From Histomonas meleagridis 2922-C6/04-290x (taxonomy: Eukaryota; Protista; Parabasalia), in contig JAANOX010000055.1 of the NCBI GenBank assembly GCA_020184695.1, positions 62,001-126,000 of the forward strand: a DNA stretch of 64,000 bases, in the 5' to 3' direction. The notes under the pieces are model-generated. The model searched no databases and was not told where the DNA came from. It saw nothing but the letters and a program-made list of their open reading frames with translations. Below, piece by piece: positions 11,165 to 22,500 of this stretch (within the stretch, counting starts at the first letter, position 1; each line of letters opens with the position of its first letter). The position numbers and the translations under genes were made by a program.

Positions 11165-11973
11165 TAATTATATTTGTTTATAATTTTCAAATATTGTTTT
11201 GAAATACCATAAAATTAAAATTGATTTTAAATAAGACAAATAAATATCTTTATCACCACCATCAATTTCTTTTTGTTCAAGAAGTAATTTAACTACTTCT
11301 GCATGCCCATTATAATATGCAAATATAAGTGCTGTCCAAAATAATTTAAATCATTTCCAAATATTATTGATCCTCAAAGCATTGACCATAATATTTTATA
11401 CAATGTCCAAATGTTATTTTTGAATTCCAAATTATTAAAAAAACATCAAAAACAACAAATAAATATCTTTGGCATTAATATCAATACCTTTTTGTTCAAG
11501 AAGCAATTTAACTATTTCCGTGTATCCATTTGAAGTTTTCATTTGATTTATCATCATTTTTATAATGAAGAAAATAAATCGTATCTTTATTCTTAACTAA
11601 ATCTGATGAAATCATATTCATTTCTATCATCTTTTCTAGAAGGAAATAAGATTCTTGTGATTCAAATTTAAATAAAAAACTTGCAAATTCATTGATGAAT
11701 ATATAATTATAATTACTTTTGTTTAATTCTTCTAATTTAATTTCAACTTCTTTCATAAATCTAAAATAAAGGCAAAAATCTTTTCTTTGAGAAAGAAATG
11801 CTGAATATAAATCTACAAATAAAAAAATACGGAAAAGTTGAAAAATTTGAATACACTAAATCCACAGTTATTTCTGCAGCACTATTAATATTATCTTCGT
11901 CTAGTTTAAACTTTTCAAGCAACTGGAGCACAAACCTACTTTTGTCTGAAGAGCATTGTTCTGGAAAAATCAA
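11165..11973 (-). pseudogene. Truncated DUF3447-ankyrin gene (N-terminal fragment fused by deletion to insert-bearing ankyrin repeats)
   Basis: The N-terminal region resembles genes A and B (ESQESYFLLEKMIE) and jumps out of frame into NGYTEIVKLLLEQKGIDINAKD; one clean 80-nt cluster at about 11165-11244. Confidence 0.7.
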
Positions 11974-12039
11974 CTTTTCTTAAGTAATACATTGTATGAA
12001 AAATTTATTTGATTTTCAATAGGATTTTGTTCATTCTGA

Positions 12040-12700
12040 TTGAAGATTGTAAAGAAATCAGAATAAAAACTTCAATATGTTGAATATTATATGATTGTGT
12101 AAAAATACAGATATAGATGAAGATAACATTAAATTGATATATATATGTATTTGATAGAAATGAATATTTGAAATTGTTCTTATAAATGACATAGCATATT
12201 TTGGTGTTAACGAATATGAAAATTTTGTGAAAATTACAGAATTTTCTATTCTTAATGTGTTTGAACCAGTGAATTTTGCGTAAATATATGTGTTGAAATG
12301 CATTTCAGAAATATTTTGTTAGCTACATTAAATGTGCTGAATGTATTACTTTGATATGTGCTTAATACCATGACTTCAATTTCAATTGAAACACTAGTAA
12401 AATTGCTTGGAGAAAATGAAGGTTCATTTTCTTCATAGAAAAAAACACATTTATGGCTATTTGTTCTTGATTTTTATAAAGGAAAACTTATTAGTATATA
12501 ATATTTTTTAGAATAGAAATCATATCTTTGCAAAATTATTCATTACAATTTAGGATTATTTAGGATTATCAAGAATTCATCAATGACTCTATCATTATAA
12601 ACACAGGATCCTTTAAAATCCAAGTAAACACCCGATTGAATTAATTGATTTATTAGAAGTTGTCTTGGCATGAAAATCAATTCGGTGAAAGTTAAAAAAT
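12040..12700 (-). pseudogene. BspA-like surface protein remnant
   Basis: Nucleotide similarity to the 15934-17862 gene (e.g. TCATTCTGATTGAA..TGTAAAGAAATC; IEIEVMVLSTYQSN) with frameshifts and stops. Confidence 0.7.
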
Positions 12701-12882
12701 AAATAAATAAATAAATAAAAACTGTAAACTGTTTGATTTATATATGGAATTTGGATCCAAATAAAAACTGTAAACTGATCCAAAAATAACACTTTAAAAT
12801 AAAAACAAGTATTCAAGAAAAATGTTAATCCTCGACCATTAGTTACAAAATTTAATTCACATATTTATGTATCAAATCCTTC

Positions 12883-15428
12883 TTATTCATGCAGTAATTT
12901 AACTATTTGTGCATAACCATTATAAGATGCATACATAAGTGCTGTTTTAAATAATATATATAAAATCCAAATATTATTTTCATATATCACATTATTTAAA
13001 TGAATTTCAAATAAAACAAATAAATATCTTTAGCATTAATATCAATTCCTTCTTGTTCAATAAGCATTTCAACGATTTCTGTATTTCCCCGATTTGATGC
13101 TAAAATAAGTGCTGTATTAAATAATTTAAATAATTTCCAAATATTATTTTGAAATCCAAAATGAAAAAAATAAAATTTAAATAAAACAAATTAATATCTT
13201 TGGCATTAATATCAATTCCTTCTTGTTCAAGAAGTAATTTAACTGTTTTTGTATGACCATGACAAGATGCCATCATCAGTGCTGTATCAAATAAAATAAA
13301 TAAATTCCAAATATTATTTTGAATTCCAAAATGAAAAAAATAAAATTTAAATAAAACAAATAAATATCTTTAGCATTAATATCAATTCCTTCTTGTTCAA
13401 GAAGTAATTTAACTATTTCTGTATGACCATGATAAGATGCTCTAAAAAATGCTGTATTAAATAATTTAAATAATTTCCAAATATTATTTTGAAATATCAA
13501 ATTATTAAAATAAATACAAAATAAAACAAATAAATATCTTTAGCATTAATATCAATTCTTTCTTGCGTAAGAAGTAACTTAACTATTTCAATCCAGCCTT
13601 TTTCTGATGCTAACATAAGTGCTGTATAAAATAATTTAAATAAAATCCAAATATTATGTTGAAATACAAAATTATCAAAATAAATACTTTTAGCATTAAT
13701 ATCAATTCCTTCTTGTTCAAGAAGTAACTTAACTATTTCTGTATAACCTAATTCAGATGCTATAATAAGTGCTGTTTCAAATGTTTTAAATAATTTCCAA
13801 ATATTATTTTGAAATCAAGAATTATCAAAATAAATTTTAAATAAAACTGAGAATTATCTTTAGAATTAATATCAATTTTTTTATGTTTAAGAAGAAATTT
13901 AATTACATCCATATGAGAATTTTTAATTGCTAACATTAGTAGAGTCACAAATAATTGAAATAACTTCCAATCATTATTTTGAAATATCGAATTATTAAAA
14001 TGAATATTAAATAAAACAAAAAGATGTTACTATAATTAACATCAAAACCAGTTTGTTGAGAAATCCATTGTATTGTTTCGAAATAACCATGTTTTGTTGC
14101 ATTTAAAAGTTGTTCATTAAACAAATTAAAGAAAATTTAAATAGAAATAGAAAACATAAAGCAATCAAAACAAATTCTAAACCAATTACACAAATATTTA
14201 GAGTAATTTTATTGAAATTGCCTTGAACAAGAATCATTTTAATTAACTCATAATTTCTTGACGCATTTGGACATTTTGTAATGATTGGGAAATATTTTGG
14301 ATCTGTTATATATCTTTTAATAAAGAATGTATTACCATTTTTTATTGCTTCTTCTAAAATTTCTTTGCTTATCCTCATACCAACCGATTTTAAGAACATA
14401 AACATTTTGAAATTACAATGTTTTAAGCAATGAATTCCGTATTTTGTTAAATCTTTATTTGGTATTTTTTTCTTTTCGTAAAAATATTGAAAAATTTCAT
14501 TTCGATGAAATTCAATTGCTGTTTTATATACTTCTTTAAATGATAAAATGTTTTGTTCACATAAATATGTAATCTCTAAATTTCCACCTGCAATTGCATA
14601 CTTTAATGTGTTTTTGGTTTTAGAACCATTCATCAGTAAAAATCGAAAACATTTAATTGCTCCAAAAAATGCTGCAAAATCAATTATCGAAACATTTTTT
14701 TGGTTAATAAATGAATATCTTTCATAAAGTGATGGTTTAACATGTTGATTAAAATCGAAGTTTGTTTGTGATGAAATTTCTTGAAGTTTTTCAATTTCAT
14801 CATTTCGAATTATTTTTAATATTTCATTCGGATTTACTCCTTCTTTAATTAACTGCTTATGAAGTTCCCAATCATTATTTGATAGTTCTTCAAGATCTAA
14901 AAGAAACTGTTCTTGAAATTTATAGTTATAAATATGGATTTCTTCATCTGTATAATAATTTGCATACCATAATGATCTCTTATTCTGAACAAAATCAGGT
15001 TGAATTAGTTCATATTCGATCATTTTTGTAAGTAAATGATTTGATTCTTGTGATTCTATTATTAATAAATAATGCTTAAAAACATTTATTATTGAGTTAC
15101 ATTGAATGTCTTTTTCTAATGTTTCAATTGATTTCAAAAAATTCAAATATAAAATTGCTTCATTTCTTTGAGATAAAAAAGCTGTATATATTAAACTACT
15201 AATTAAAAGATTAAAAGAATATGGAAAATTATTATCAAAATACTTCATTGCAGAGTTAGAAGAAGTTTCAATGTGATCATCTTTTAACTCAAATATAATT
15301 TTTTCTAATGATTGCAATGGAGCTGAATTTTTTTTATTGATAAGCGAAGTACCTTGGGTTCTCCTTATTAAATTTTCTTGTCTTGATGTTGAAGTTCTTT
15401 GAGAACTCAAAGTGGGTTTTGCTTTCAT
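12883..15428 (-). CDS. DUF3447-ankyrin repeat protein, gene B, interrupted by 31 17-nt non-canonical inserts (predicted 672 aa after removal)
   Basis: ATG 15428 and DUF3447 motifs (IIDFAAFFGAIKCFRFL, AIAGGNLEI). Removing 31x17 nt gives 2019 nt, open to TAA 12883-12885, with loops NNDGVTLL, DKLGETAL, DCDGNTAF, DKWGDTAL, DKWGNTAL, DEDGKTAL. Confidence 0.8.
12949..14195 (-). other. Eight clusters of 17-nt inserts (4,4,4,3,4,4,4,4) in gene B; 170-nt repeat period
   Basis: Every insert counted is exactly 17 nt. Position-specific consensuses: i1 ATTTATTTGTTTTATTT, i2 ATTTATTTTRATAATTY, i3 ATTTCAAAATAATATTT, i4 AATTATTTAAATTATTT. Confidence 0.9.
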
Positions 15429-15933
15429 TTAAATGCAGTAATCTGCGCGAAATGGTAATAAAAAGTGGACTTTAACGTCTTTTTTGAAGTTCAAAGATAA
15501 AATGAAAGTAAAATTTGTTTATTAAACGAGATTTTAATAGCAATTTTGATTAGACATATTAGATCTTTGAAATCGTTTACAAACGGATCTTCTTCAGTGA
15601 ACTTAAATGTTATTCCGTATGTATTTATTGAACACAAATTTGCGAATTGGACACACTCGTACACATCACATTGTTTTGATCCTTTTATTAAAGAAAATGA
15701 AATTATTCATTATAAAAATTTATAAGCACCTAAGTGCTTTTAAACGAAGTGGATCCACCAAAAGTTATTGCAAAAAGAATTCTCCTATGCAATTACCTAT
15801 CCCAAACAATTCATTTTTCTTATTGTAATACATTTAACTATTTTATGATATTTTTCGCTTTAAAATGTGACAACTGTCAGTTCCATGAAACATATATTTC
15901 AAAATTCATTATAAAAAATTAAAAAAAATTTAT

Positions 15934-17862
15934 TTATATATTAACAAAACGATCTTCTTTGAAATCATCAACAAATGGGTCTTCATCTATATTTGACATT
16001 TTGCTAATAACTGAAAATCCTTCTGTTGTATTATCATTTGTTTCGACACTTACTGCGTTTTCTTCATTTTTATTTTTGTTTCGTTTATGAACAACAAATA
16101 TAACAAGAAGTGTTACAATTATAATAACAACAATAATAACACAAACAACAATGATAATAAGAACAACATTTGTTTGATTTTCATTAGTAATTTGTTCATT
16201 CTGATTGAAAACTGTAAAGAAATCGGAATAAAAACTAAAATATGTTGAATACTGAACAATGGTATAATTATAATATAAATATTCAGTGATTAAATATGTG
16301 ATAGAAGAAGACATCATTGAAATAATATATGTATTTGATAGAAATGAATAATTTGAAATTGTTCTTATAAATGATACAGAAAATTTTAATGTTAACGAAT
16401 GTGAAAATGTCGTGAAAAATTCAAATAAATTTTCTGTTATTAATGTATTTGAGTTAGTGAATGAATTAGTTTTAATAAATGTATCAGATTTGGTGAATGA
16501 GTTATGCTTAGTGAATGTATTAGATTTAATAAATGAATTAGACTTAGTAAATGTATTTGATTTAGTGAATGAATTAGATTTACTGAATGTATTTGATTTA
16601 GTGAATGAATTAGACTTAGTAAATGTATTTGATTTAGTTAATGTATTAGATTTAGTGAATGTATTTGATTTAGTGAATGAATTAGATTTACTGAATGTAT
16701 TAGATTTAGTGAATGAATTAGACTTAGTAAATGTATTTGATTTATTTAAAGTATTAGATTTAGTGAATGTATTTGATTTAGTGAATGAATTAGATTTACT
16801 GAATGTATTTGATTTAGTTAATGTATTAGATTTAGTGAATGTATTAGACTTAGTTAAAGTATTAGATTTAGTGAATGTATTTGATTTAGTGAATATATGT
16901 GTTGGAGAGCATTCTGGAATTATTTCGTTAGTTACATTAAATATTCCAAATTTATTGCTTTGATATGTGCTTAATACCATTACTTCAATTTCAATTGTAA
17001 CACCAGAAAAAGCGTTTGTATTAAATTTAGGTTCATTTTCTCCGTAAAAATAAACACATTTGAGGTTATTACATGCATTAAACCCATATATACTAACTAA
17101 GGCCACGTTTTCGCCAATGAAAACTGTTGTTAAATTAATACAATATGAAAATAAACCCTGTGAGATTGCTGTAATTTTATTTGAAATAGTAAATGATTTT
17201 AGTTGTTCGCAATGGCAAAATGTATATTCTTCTATACTAGAGATATTTTCAGTGTTTGTAATCTTTTCTAGATTAGAAGCACCATAAAATGAACATTCTT
17301 TAAGACAAGTAATTGTTGATGGAATTTCATATGTTTTACTTTCTTTACCAGCTGGATAAAAGTAAATAGTTTGAACATTTTTATCATAAAGAACACCGTC
17401 ATTATTCAAATTACAAAAATTAGGATTATTTTCTGATACTTTATAAAACTTAACACTATAGCATTGTATAAAAACTGCAGAATTAAATTCACTTACTGAG
17501 GCAGGAAAAGTAATGTTCTGTAATTTAGGGCAATTTTGAAAAACACGTTCTCCAAATATTTGAACATTTTCTCCAATTATAATTGATTCTAAATTTAAAC
17601 AACCAAAAAAAGCATAAGTCCCAAGCAATGTAACAGAGTCACCAATTATAACTGAAATTAAAGAAGTCCATTCATAGAAAGCTGATGATGAAATTGTTGA
17701 AATGCCGCTTTCAATTATAACATGTTTAGCTGTATTATATTCAAATCTTTCATCAAATTCAATTGAATTAGTTATTGTAAGTGTTGATGTTTCGCTAGAA
17801 TATATTTCAGTTGTATGAATGAAATAAATAGTAAAAAGCAAAGAAAGAAATTTGTAATTCAT
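15934..17862 (-). CDS. BspA-like leucine-rich-repeat (LRR_5) surface protein with Ser/Thr stalk, TM helix and acidic cytoplasmic tail
   Basis: Signal-like MNYKFLSLLFTIYFI at ATG 17862, TpLRR-type repeats (IGENVQIFGERVFQNC), FTKSNT repeats, TM helix and tail DEDPFVDDFKEDRF. Confidence 0.88.
   Translation of the reverse strand: MNYKFLSLLFTIYFIHTTEIYSSETSTLTITNSIEFDERFEYNTAKHVIIESGISTISSSAFYEWTSLISVIIGDSVTLLGTYAFFGCLNLESIIIGENVQIFGERVFQNCPKLQNITFPASVSEFNSAVFIQCYSVKFYKVSENNPNFCNLNNDGVLYDKNVQTIYFYPAGKESKTYEIPSTITCLKECSFYGASNLEKITNTENISSIEEYTFCHCEQLKSFTISNKITAISQGLFSYCINLTTVFIGENVALVSIYGFNACNNLKCVYFYGENEPKFNTNAFSGVTIEIEVMVLSTYQSNKFGIFNVTNEIIPECSPTHIFTKSNTFTKSNTLTKSNTFTKSNTLTKSNTFSKSNSFTKSNTFTKSNTLNKSNTFTKSNSFTKSNTFSKSNSFTKSNTFTKSNTLTKSNTFTKSNSFTKSNTFSKSNSFTKSNTFTKSNSFIKSNTFTKHNSFTKSDTFIKTNSFTNSNTLITENLFEFFTTFSHSLTLKFSVSFIRTISNYSFLSNTYIISMMSSSITYLITEYLYYNYTIVQYSTYFSFYSDFFTVFNQNEQITNENQTNVVLIIIVVCVIIVVIIIVTLLVIFVVHKRNKNKNEENAVSVETNDNTTEGFSVISKMSNIDEDPFVDDFKEDRFVNI
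16442..16891 (-). repeat. 18-nt coding tandem repeat, about 25 copies of (F/L)(T/S)KSN(T/S)
   Basis: Plus strand reads GATTTAGTGAATGTATTT-like units in tandem. Confidence 0.92.
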
Positions 17863-18467
17863 TTCTATATATTTATTAATGGTAATGCATTTTATTTTGT
17901 TATGAGATAATTTAACCACAAAAAAAGTGAGAAAAATTATCAAAAAATTGTTGAATAAAAGAGAAAATGAATTAAGTTCCTTACTAAAAACAAAAATATG
18001 AAGGAAAGGAAAATATTTTGTTTTTTGGTTTTCAGCAAATAAAATATTTTTTAGAATTGAAGTGTGAGCGATGGGATGATAGTTTGCTTGAAGACATGCA
18101 ATTGGAAATAATGATGTGTGCTTGTAATTAATTTTGATTGAAAAAATTTTTGGTATGTATTTAACATACAATTCACTTCTTTTGTTTATTTGAAAGAGAT
18201 TAATTAGACCTATAAATTCGAGCAACATTATAACAAAATATCTGTTTGGGTAAATCGGTTACTTTATTTTGTGACAGAAGTGATCGTTCTGAATATTGAA
18301 AAATTTAAGTGCTACTTGCGTGGGTAACAGTTGTTCACTGTTTCTATTGTTAAACAAAAAGCATTAAATCACTTTCATAGAGGTATCACCCTCACACCAT
18401 TATAACAATATTTTTTTTTGTTATCAACACAAATATTTATAAAAAAATATTGATGGATTTACATAAT

Positions 18468-18824
18468 TTATATTTTTGTACCAAGAGAAAGAAAATCACG
18501 AGCTTCGTTGATTTTCATGGCAATGTATGAGTTGCCTCCTTTATCAGGATGAAGGAGGCTCATAAGAACTCGATGTTGTTTTTGGACGTCTGCTTTTGTG
18601 AATGCCTGTGGAAGGTTAAGTATTTTAGTTGCTTCGTGACGCGTCATTGTTGGTGAAAATCCTTTTAGATTTTTTGCATCAGGTAATCCGTTAGTTTTAT
18701 ATGGAGAAAAAAACATTTCTTTTGCGAGAAATGCAACACCAGCCCCTGCACCAACAGTTAAAGCAAGTTTAGTATTTGGTGAAAGTTTACCTAAGAATTG
18801 GGTGACTTGGCTGGTCAGAGACAT
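18468..18824 (-). CDS. PAM18: Pam18/Tim14-type J-domain protein (hydrogenosomal import motor)
   Basis: Single TM helix followed by MTRHEATKILNL...HRVLMSLLHPDKGGNSYIAMKINEARDFL. Confidence 0.9.
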   Translation of the reverse strand: MSLTSQVTQFLGKLSPNTKLALTVGAGAGVAFLAKEMFFSPYKTNGLPDAKNLKGFSPTMTRHEATKILNLPQAFTKADVQKQHRVLMSLLHPDKGGNSYIAMKINEARDFLSLGTKI

Positions 18825-19542
18825 TGGCTTAGCTTATTGACGGTTTTATCGTTCATTCAGTGCACTTTTAACCGTAAGACACTTAATTGTTCATTCTAAA
18901 GTTCATATGTAAGAAAGCTCATAAACTTTTTTGTCTTTATTTGATATACTGTGTTTTATTTCATTCCCAAGCACTTCAGCTTTTGAATAAAAATCAGGTG
19001 ATTTTCCATTTATTTTATTCGGTTCTATCTTTGAAAATCCTTTTTGTGAACAGTTTGTGAATAATTTGTTGACGTTGCATACATTTATAATATTAAAGTA
19101 TGCTTAAAAAATCTTTTATATAATTTATTCAAAGACATGTTTTTGTTTTGAAATATGTGATTTTGCAAAAAATGTTAGAGTTGTACGAAAATAGTTAAAT
19201 TGCAACCACTTTATATTATTCTATTTTTCAAAAAATGAGTAAAACATTATGTTAAATGTTTTTTTATTAATTTTTAGTATAAAAAATCCCTAGTTAAACG
19301 ATGATGATTTCATAATGACGATAGTTTTTTTCTGGGAGAAACAGTTTCCTGATTATCTGATTTTTCTATCGTAAATATTTTTTGTTATTTGTTATCAAAA
19401 GTGACAACAATACTCAAAAAGTGGTATCGGATGATAAATTCTTATGTTTACAATTGCAACTTTTACGACCATTTCACTCAAATTTACTTCAGTATAATGC
19501 GAACACAAAATTATATATTTACCATAAAAACATTAAAATATT

Positions 19543-22500
19543 TTATTTAAATTTATCCAATTCTTTTTCTATATCATCATCTGTTTCAGCTGCTGCAATG
19601 ATGAAATACCTACTACATTCATCATTACCCACGAAATATTTCATTGCCGATTTTCTCGACTTCGGCTCGTACTCGAACTCCTTTGCGATTGACATTGCCA
19701 ACTCTTTATCATCGTTATCCAATGTCTCGAAAATTTGTTTTAATGCTACGAAGAGCACCAAAAAGTTATTTGTAGTGTAAATCATTTTTGTGAAGAAGAA
19801 TGAAACAGGTTCAGTACTTATTTTACATATTTGGAACATGAACTTTGATCCATTAATTGTTGGGAACTTATCATAAAACTTTTGGAAGTTTTGTAGTGTA
19901 TCGATTTCGAACAGTTCCAACTTATCTTCGTTTTTAATATTTTGTTTTAATGAATAATACGTAGAAACTAAAGTTTTCATTATAATGTTATTACAAAACT
20001 CTAAATCAAAAATGGAATAAAACAAATTTCGATCGATTAATGAAAGCTTTAAGATTAATGGGAAACAAATTTGATAAATTGGTTCGTTTTCTTTTTGGAT
20101 TAAAAAGTTATTAATAAATGTTTGGAAGATATTATGTGGAATTGTATTAAATATTTGTGGATTTGTTAATAACGTCGAATATATTATTATTAATGAAGGA
20201 CCAAGTTGGAAATCTGACTTAAAGAATTTTAAGTTGTTTGTGATTTCATTAAATATGATCGATTTGATTTGTAAGAATAAGTCATAATTCGCTAAATATA
20301 TTTTTATTGTCTTTAAAATTACGTTTGTTATTGAAGGCAAATTATATTCTAATGATTGTTTGATGATTTTATAGTTACCACTTAAACTTAAAGGATTACG
20401 AACAATAAATAGCGTAGAAAAGTGGTTTAGGAAATAGCTATAAAGAATTGACTTAGGATTTAATGTGTTAAAGAAGTTTTGATATATGTTGAAATTATTA
20501 GAATACAATAATAAATATTGTAATAATAATGTTAGCTCAAAATAAATGATGGATGGGATTTCACTTGCTATAATTGGGAAATATTCATCCAAAGTGGTAA
20601 TTAATTCATTTATTGCTTGTCTTTCTTTCCGTTTATGTAAGTTCACAAAAGTGGCGTAGATAAACCTTAGAAAAACTGCTTTTTTCTTTGTTGATGTGAA
20701 ACTTTTATAATTTCCAATGTAATTAATAATAATACTTAAGATTTCACCGGGTGGGAAAGACACGAAATTCATGATTTTTATTAGTTTTATAAGTCTATTA
20801 GCTTTGAAATCATCGAACTCGAATAAATAATGTGTGAAAAATTGTGAATCTAATTTAACGAAATGAGAAATTTGTACATTTTCATCGAGAATTAATTCTT
20901 TAGTTATTGGTTTACCAATGAATTCTTCGATTTTATCGACAATATTTTTCGGGATTTTATGTATTGATTTGTATTTTGTTAATGCATTAATTGTATAATC
21001 AATTATTTCAGATGTGAAAAACATCGAATTATCAGTAACATCGAATTGTATCGAATGCTTTTGCGCATATTTTAATAAAGTTTTCAACAAATTTAATGAT
21101 TTAGTCTCAAGTGAATATGTTAAATATTGATTAAATAATTCGTTTGTTATTATTTTGTTTGTAAATCGGAAATAATTCATCGCCAAATAAATCTGTGGAA
21201 TAAATTTTCCCGAATTAACAAAAGGAGAAATTGTCGAAATTTTTGTTATATTTTCGACAATATTTTTATTAAATTTAAATACATTTTCAGGAATTTGTTG
21301 TATATATACATTCGATGTATCGATTTTATAAAACAATGAAATATTATTCGGAATAAATTCATTTAAATTCGTTGTATCGAAAAACTCTTTATTCGAAAAT
21401 ATGAATTTCCAATGTTGTTCATCTATTTTCACCAAATCATTTAATTTTATTTTAATTTCGATTTGGTTTAAGAATTCCAAAAGTGATTTATTCATTGTAT
21501 CATCATCTAAAGGCCATTTATCAAACGGAACATTTTCGATATAACTTTTTACTTTATCAAAGTATTCTCCTTTATATATCAATGCGAAATCTAAAAATGC
21601 TATTGATTGATTATCAGTGACGAATTTCAACTCATTTTTGTTAATAATTTTCGACAATTTAAATAATAATATTATTGCATCTTTTTCTGGTAAGCGTTTT
21701 ATTAACTTATCGATGTTATTTAACGCTAAGTTATGATCCTTTTGATCAATATATATATAAGAATTATATAAAAGATCCGGATCATGCGTTTCTTTAACAG
21801 TGAGAAATTGTAACAATGATTCTTCGATTTGTTGTGGTAACTCTTTACTCGTCGGTATTAAATAATTACAACAAATCGCTGCAACGTCATCTTTCGAAGT
21901 TGATTTAAAGGTATCAATTGCTAAATCAAACATTTGTTGACTATATTGCGTAAATTGATTCGCTAATTTTTGCATTTCATTTAATGGAATTTTATCAAAA
22001 ATTGGTACTAAATTAAACGACAATTTAAAAAACGTTTCATAATCTTTGACTTGATTTAATGGGATATTACATAAAAACATATAACAATTCTTTACATGTT
22101 GTAATACTGTCTGATGATTACATGTAGGATTAGTTACAATATCAGTATCTAAGCCATCTAGGAAATAACCGTTTAGCGGTTGGATTTCATAACCATATTC
22201 AATTTGGTACTGTGTAAAGCTTTGAATGTGCCTTATCAAAAACTGAAATGTAAATATTCGAATTTCTTCTGAAATCGATTTGATTTCGACTTTACTTAAA
22301 AATGCAAAAATATTCGAAATAGTTATCACGTTTTCACATGAAGTTAATGCCTCTCCTGCGAGCGGAATGAAAATAGAAAAAAGAGGTGACTTAAATAAGC
22401 TTGCTAATTCCGATAATAAATAAAATCGTTTGGAAACAACATTTTCATTAAGCCAATCGCTCGAATATATCTTTAAAAGAATCTTTTCTAAGTATATATA

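Noticed and set aside
13022-13200. Treating each 80-nt linker as one GT-AG or AT-AC intron (GT in TTGTTT, AG in ACAG; AT...AC)
   Set aside because: GT and AG are missing in several repeats (ACATTG, ACAATT, ACTGCA). The resulting joins are out of frame and delete the conserved Gly and Thr.
16412-16963. 183-aa plus-strand ORF with VFDLVNELDL repeats
   Set aside because: Antisense shadow of the BspA FTKSNT stalk repeat.
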